Below, piece after piece: positions 24,074 to 25,889 of a stretch of 25,889 nucleotides of DNA (position 1 is its first letter; each line of letters begins with the position of its first letter). The stretch is from IMG/VR virus record IMGVR_UViG_3300020045_005572, positions 1 through 25,889 of that record; one strand, written 5' to 3'. The position numbers were made by a program, and so were the translations under genes. The DNA comes from a virus. Taxonomy: Duplodnaviria > Caudoviricetes. Below the pieces are notes generated by a model, which made no database searches, was not told the origin of the DNA, and saw only the letters and a program-made list of their open reading frames with translations.

Positions 24074-24829
24074 ATGAACAAGATACAATTCACATCTTTA
24101 AAGTATTACAATTCAATCATATCTGAAGAATGTCTTTATGTTGGTATCCTTTTTAATGATCTAACAACAAAAAAAAGAACCTTCAAAACGATCCAGAACT
24201 TTAAAAGATTGGCGACTTTTGACGATGAGATCGATATAGATTTTGTTAAACTGTATCTCCAAGGCATTCAGTACGAAATAGAGAACACGTTGCTTAATTG
24301 CCGCAATGAATTTCAGATTGAAGATTACATAAGAAGATATGCAAACGAGTTTAGATTTTCAAAAATAACCACTGTCGAGACGGATGATATTGATTTCGTT
24401 GAGAACACGAGTAAGCTATACTTAAAATTTGATTATACAAAAAGGCACCGCCTAAACAAAGAAGAAGAGTTAAGGCAAATTAGAACCATTTTGAAATCAG
24501 CAAATATCAAGTATTCCAGCGAACCAATCAATGGTTATTACAACGAAACGATACGTTACGATTACGTCGTCAATGATTATTTAATTAAATTATTTTCATT
24601 TGAAGATAAAAAGAAAATAAGTAAAATGACGAGCTCTGCGCGCAACTGGTCTTTTATTGCAGATGAAGTAGGCGATAAATATAAAACACTATTCTTTTAC
24701 GACACGCGATTGCCGGATGATCCGGACTATGATGTCATCATTCAAATTTTAGAAAAGCATGCTCATAGGGTGTTCCCGATTCAAGAAGGTCTGGAATTTT
24801 TAATTACCAACCACGAAAAAACAGCATAA
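24074..24829 (+). CDS. DUF3037-like protein, partner of the kinase
   Basis: N-terminal 'SLKYYNSIISEECLYVGILF' resembles the DUF3037 Y-x6-E-x3-VG motif; 12 bp after the kinase with an AGGAGG RBS. Confidence 0.7.
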   Translation: MNKIQFTSLKYYNSIISEECLYVGILFNDLTTKKRTFKTIQNFKRLATFDDEIDIDFVKLYLQGIQYEIENTLLNCRNEFQIEDYIRRYANEFRFSKITTVETDDIDFVENTSKLYLKFDYTKRHRLNKEEELRQIRTILKSANIKYSSEPINGYYNETIRYDYVVNDYLIKLFSFEDKKKISKMTSSARNWSFIADEVGDKYKTLFFYDTRLPDDPDYDVIIQILEKHAHRVFPIQEGLEFLITNHEKTA

Positions 24830-24873
24830 ACAAAAGACGATGTTAAGAACGCTAACATCGTCTTTTGTTTTTT
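24828..24873. terminator. Strong, potentially bidirectional intrinsic terminator
   Basis: Perfect 18-bp inverted repeat AAACAAAAGACGATGTTA / TAACATCGTCTTTTGTTT plus a T tail. Confidence 0.85.
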
Positions 24874-24944
24874 ACATATGTCAAACTTTTGATGAACTTT
24901 AATAAATCATGATGATTTCATCTAAAATTTGCACGTTCTATCGA

Positions 24945-24974
24945 TTTACAAGGGCTAAGCAATCAGTATATACT
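24945..24974 (+). promoter_or_regulatory. Putative sigmaA promoter of the membrane protein gene
   Basis: TTTACA, 18 bp, TATACT; AGGAGGAG RBS downstream. Confidence 0.55.
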
Positions 24975-25006
24975 TTAACTAAACTAATTAGGAGGAGTAA
25001 CAGAAA

Positions 25007-25672
25007 ATGGATGAAAATGTAAAAGTTCCTTGGTGGCAAAAAACGTGGGTAGTTGTTCTCGCTTGTATCTTCATTCCGCCGGCTGGGCTTGCGCTGTTGT
25101 GGATCGGGCAAAAGGGTGGCATGGTCATGAGGGTTGTCTTGACGGTTATACTGGGTTTCTACTCACTTGCGTGGTTTGGCGGAATCGTCGGCGGGAGCGC
25201 ATCAAGCGATAACGAACCAGTCGCAAAGACGGAAGTTGTTGCCGAAGATAAAGTTGTAACAGAAACTGTCGTCGAAGAAAAGAAACCGGCCGTACAAGAA
25301 GCAGTGGCGCAACCGGCCGCGAAGACAGGGATTAATGCCGAAGCGTTTACTTCTGCCGTAAACAGCTTTGCAGCAACTTTTAACGACCAAGATGCTGGTG
25401 TGGCAATTTACCCTGAAAAAATCGACGTCTCAGATACAGGCATTACTGCAACTGTAGATTTTGCGCTTAGCGACCTTACTGCATGGTCGGTTTCAGATGA
25501 TACGAGCAAAAAAGAGTTTATCAATACAATAGGTCAGACTATCAACACCATGGCAGTGGCAAATTGTTACGACACCAAAAGTACCGTTGGGGCATCAGTT
25601 ATTTTGGTATCTCCAAGTGGGTTAGAATTAGGCGAGTACACCGTATGGGGAAACGTAAAACTTAACAATTAA
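25007..25672 (+). CDS. Membrane-anchored exported protein (candidate superinfection exclusion)
   Basis: 'PWWQKTW' plus two hydrophobic segments, a low-complexity E/V/A/K linker, then a globular domain; located in the lysogeny module. Confidence 0.75.
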   Translation: MDENVKVPWWQKTWVVVLACIFIPPAGLALLWIGQKGGMVMRVVLTVILGFYSLAWFGGIVGGSASSDNEPVAKTEVVAEDKVVTETVVEEKKPAVQEAVAQPAAKTGINAEAFTSAVNSFAATFNDQDAGVAIYPEKIDVSDTGITATVDFALSDLTAWSVSDDTSKKEFINTIGQTINTMAVANCYDTKSTVGASVILVSPSGLELGEYTVWGNVKLNN

Positions 25673-25716
25673 TAACAGATTTTTAACATTTGTTAACAAT
25701 AACCATATTTTACCGT

Positions 25717-25740
25717 GGGAGGATTAACCCTCCCTATTTT
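25717..25740 (+). terminator. Putative intrinsic terminator
   Basis: GGGAGG-ATTAAC-CCTCCC-TATTTT. Confidence 0.55.
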
Positions 25741-25799
25741 CAATCAATAATCTTCGCAAAAATTTATCATCGATTAATCATACCTAAAGTCTTTTATCA

Positions 25800-25821
25800 T
25801 GCTAGAATAGTACAAACGTTC
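25800..25821 (+). promoter_or_regulatory. Extended -10 promoter with a LexA (Cheo) box-like site
   Basis: TGcTAGAAT 25800-25808, then GTAC-AAAC-GTTC 25810-25821, one mismatch to GAAC-N4-GTTC. Confidence 0.5.
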
Positions 25822-25837
25822 TTGTATAGGAGGGCTG

Positions 25838-25889
25838 ATGTATCATTTCGAATTAAAACAATCCAATGCAATTCATAAAAAATATAAGA
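25838..25889 (+). CDS. 5' end of a gene running off the window
   Basis: AGGAGG RBS, ATG at 25838, open frame MYHFELKQSNAIHKKYK to the edge. Confidence 0.55.
   Translation, partial: MYHFELKQSNAIHKKYK

Noticed and set aside
1-25889. Integrase/att sites, reverse transcriptase/DGR, IS elements, introns or inteins
   Set aside because: No supporting motifs were seen in the window; an integrase probably lies beyond the right edge.

Overview
This window is the left-to-middle part of a temperate phage or prophage of a Bacillota host; a Clostridia-like host is my inference from the gene families and the RBS/promoter style. From right to left it holds: (1) a + strand lysogeny module with a tandem-HTH CI-like repressor, an AT-rich HipA-like kinase + DUF3037-like pair, a membrane-anchored protein, and the start of a gene behind a LexA-box-like site; (2) a cI/cro switch with divergent sigmaA promoters and 17-bp operators; (3) a ~21 kb - strand early/middle operon encoding Cro, DUF3102 and ORF6C proteins, a Rad50-like ATPase, RecT, an MBL-fold nuclease, SSB, replication initiator, helicase loader, DUF5131, RusA, a C5 methyltransferase, ThyX, HNH, an N6-MTase/DUF4942 protein and a late activator; (4) a + strand terminase large subunit and a portal gene that breaks off after 53 codons, colliding head-on with the - strand operon. 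The most notable observations: the MBL nuclease gene is split inside its HxHxDH motif by the exact prfB +1 frameshift heptamer CTT-TGA-C; the adjacent ssb appears to start at ATA behind a structured leader; two consensus antisense promoter+terminator mini-cassettes sit inside the lytic operon; the kinase/DUF3037 pair is a candidate defence or TA module; and there is a rearrangement junction in the portal gene. Family assignments come from motif recognition, not database searches.
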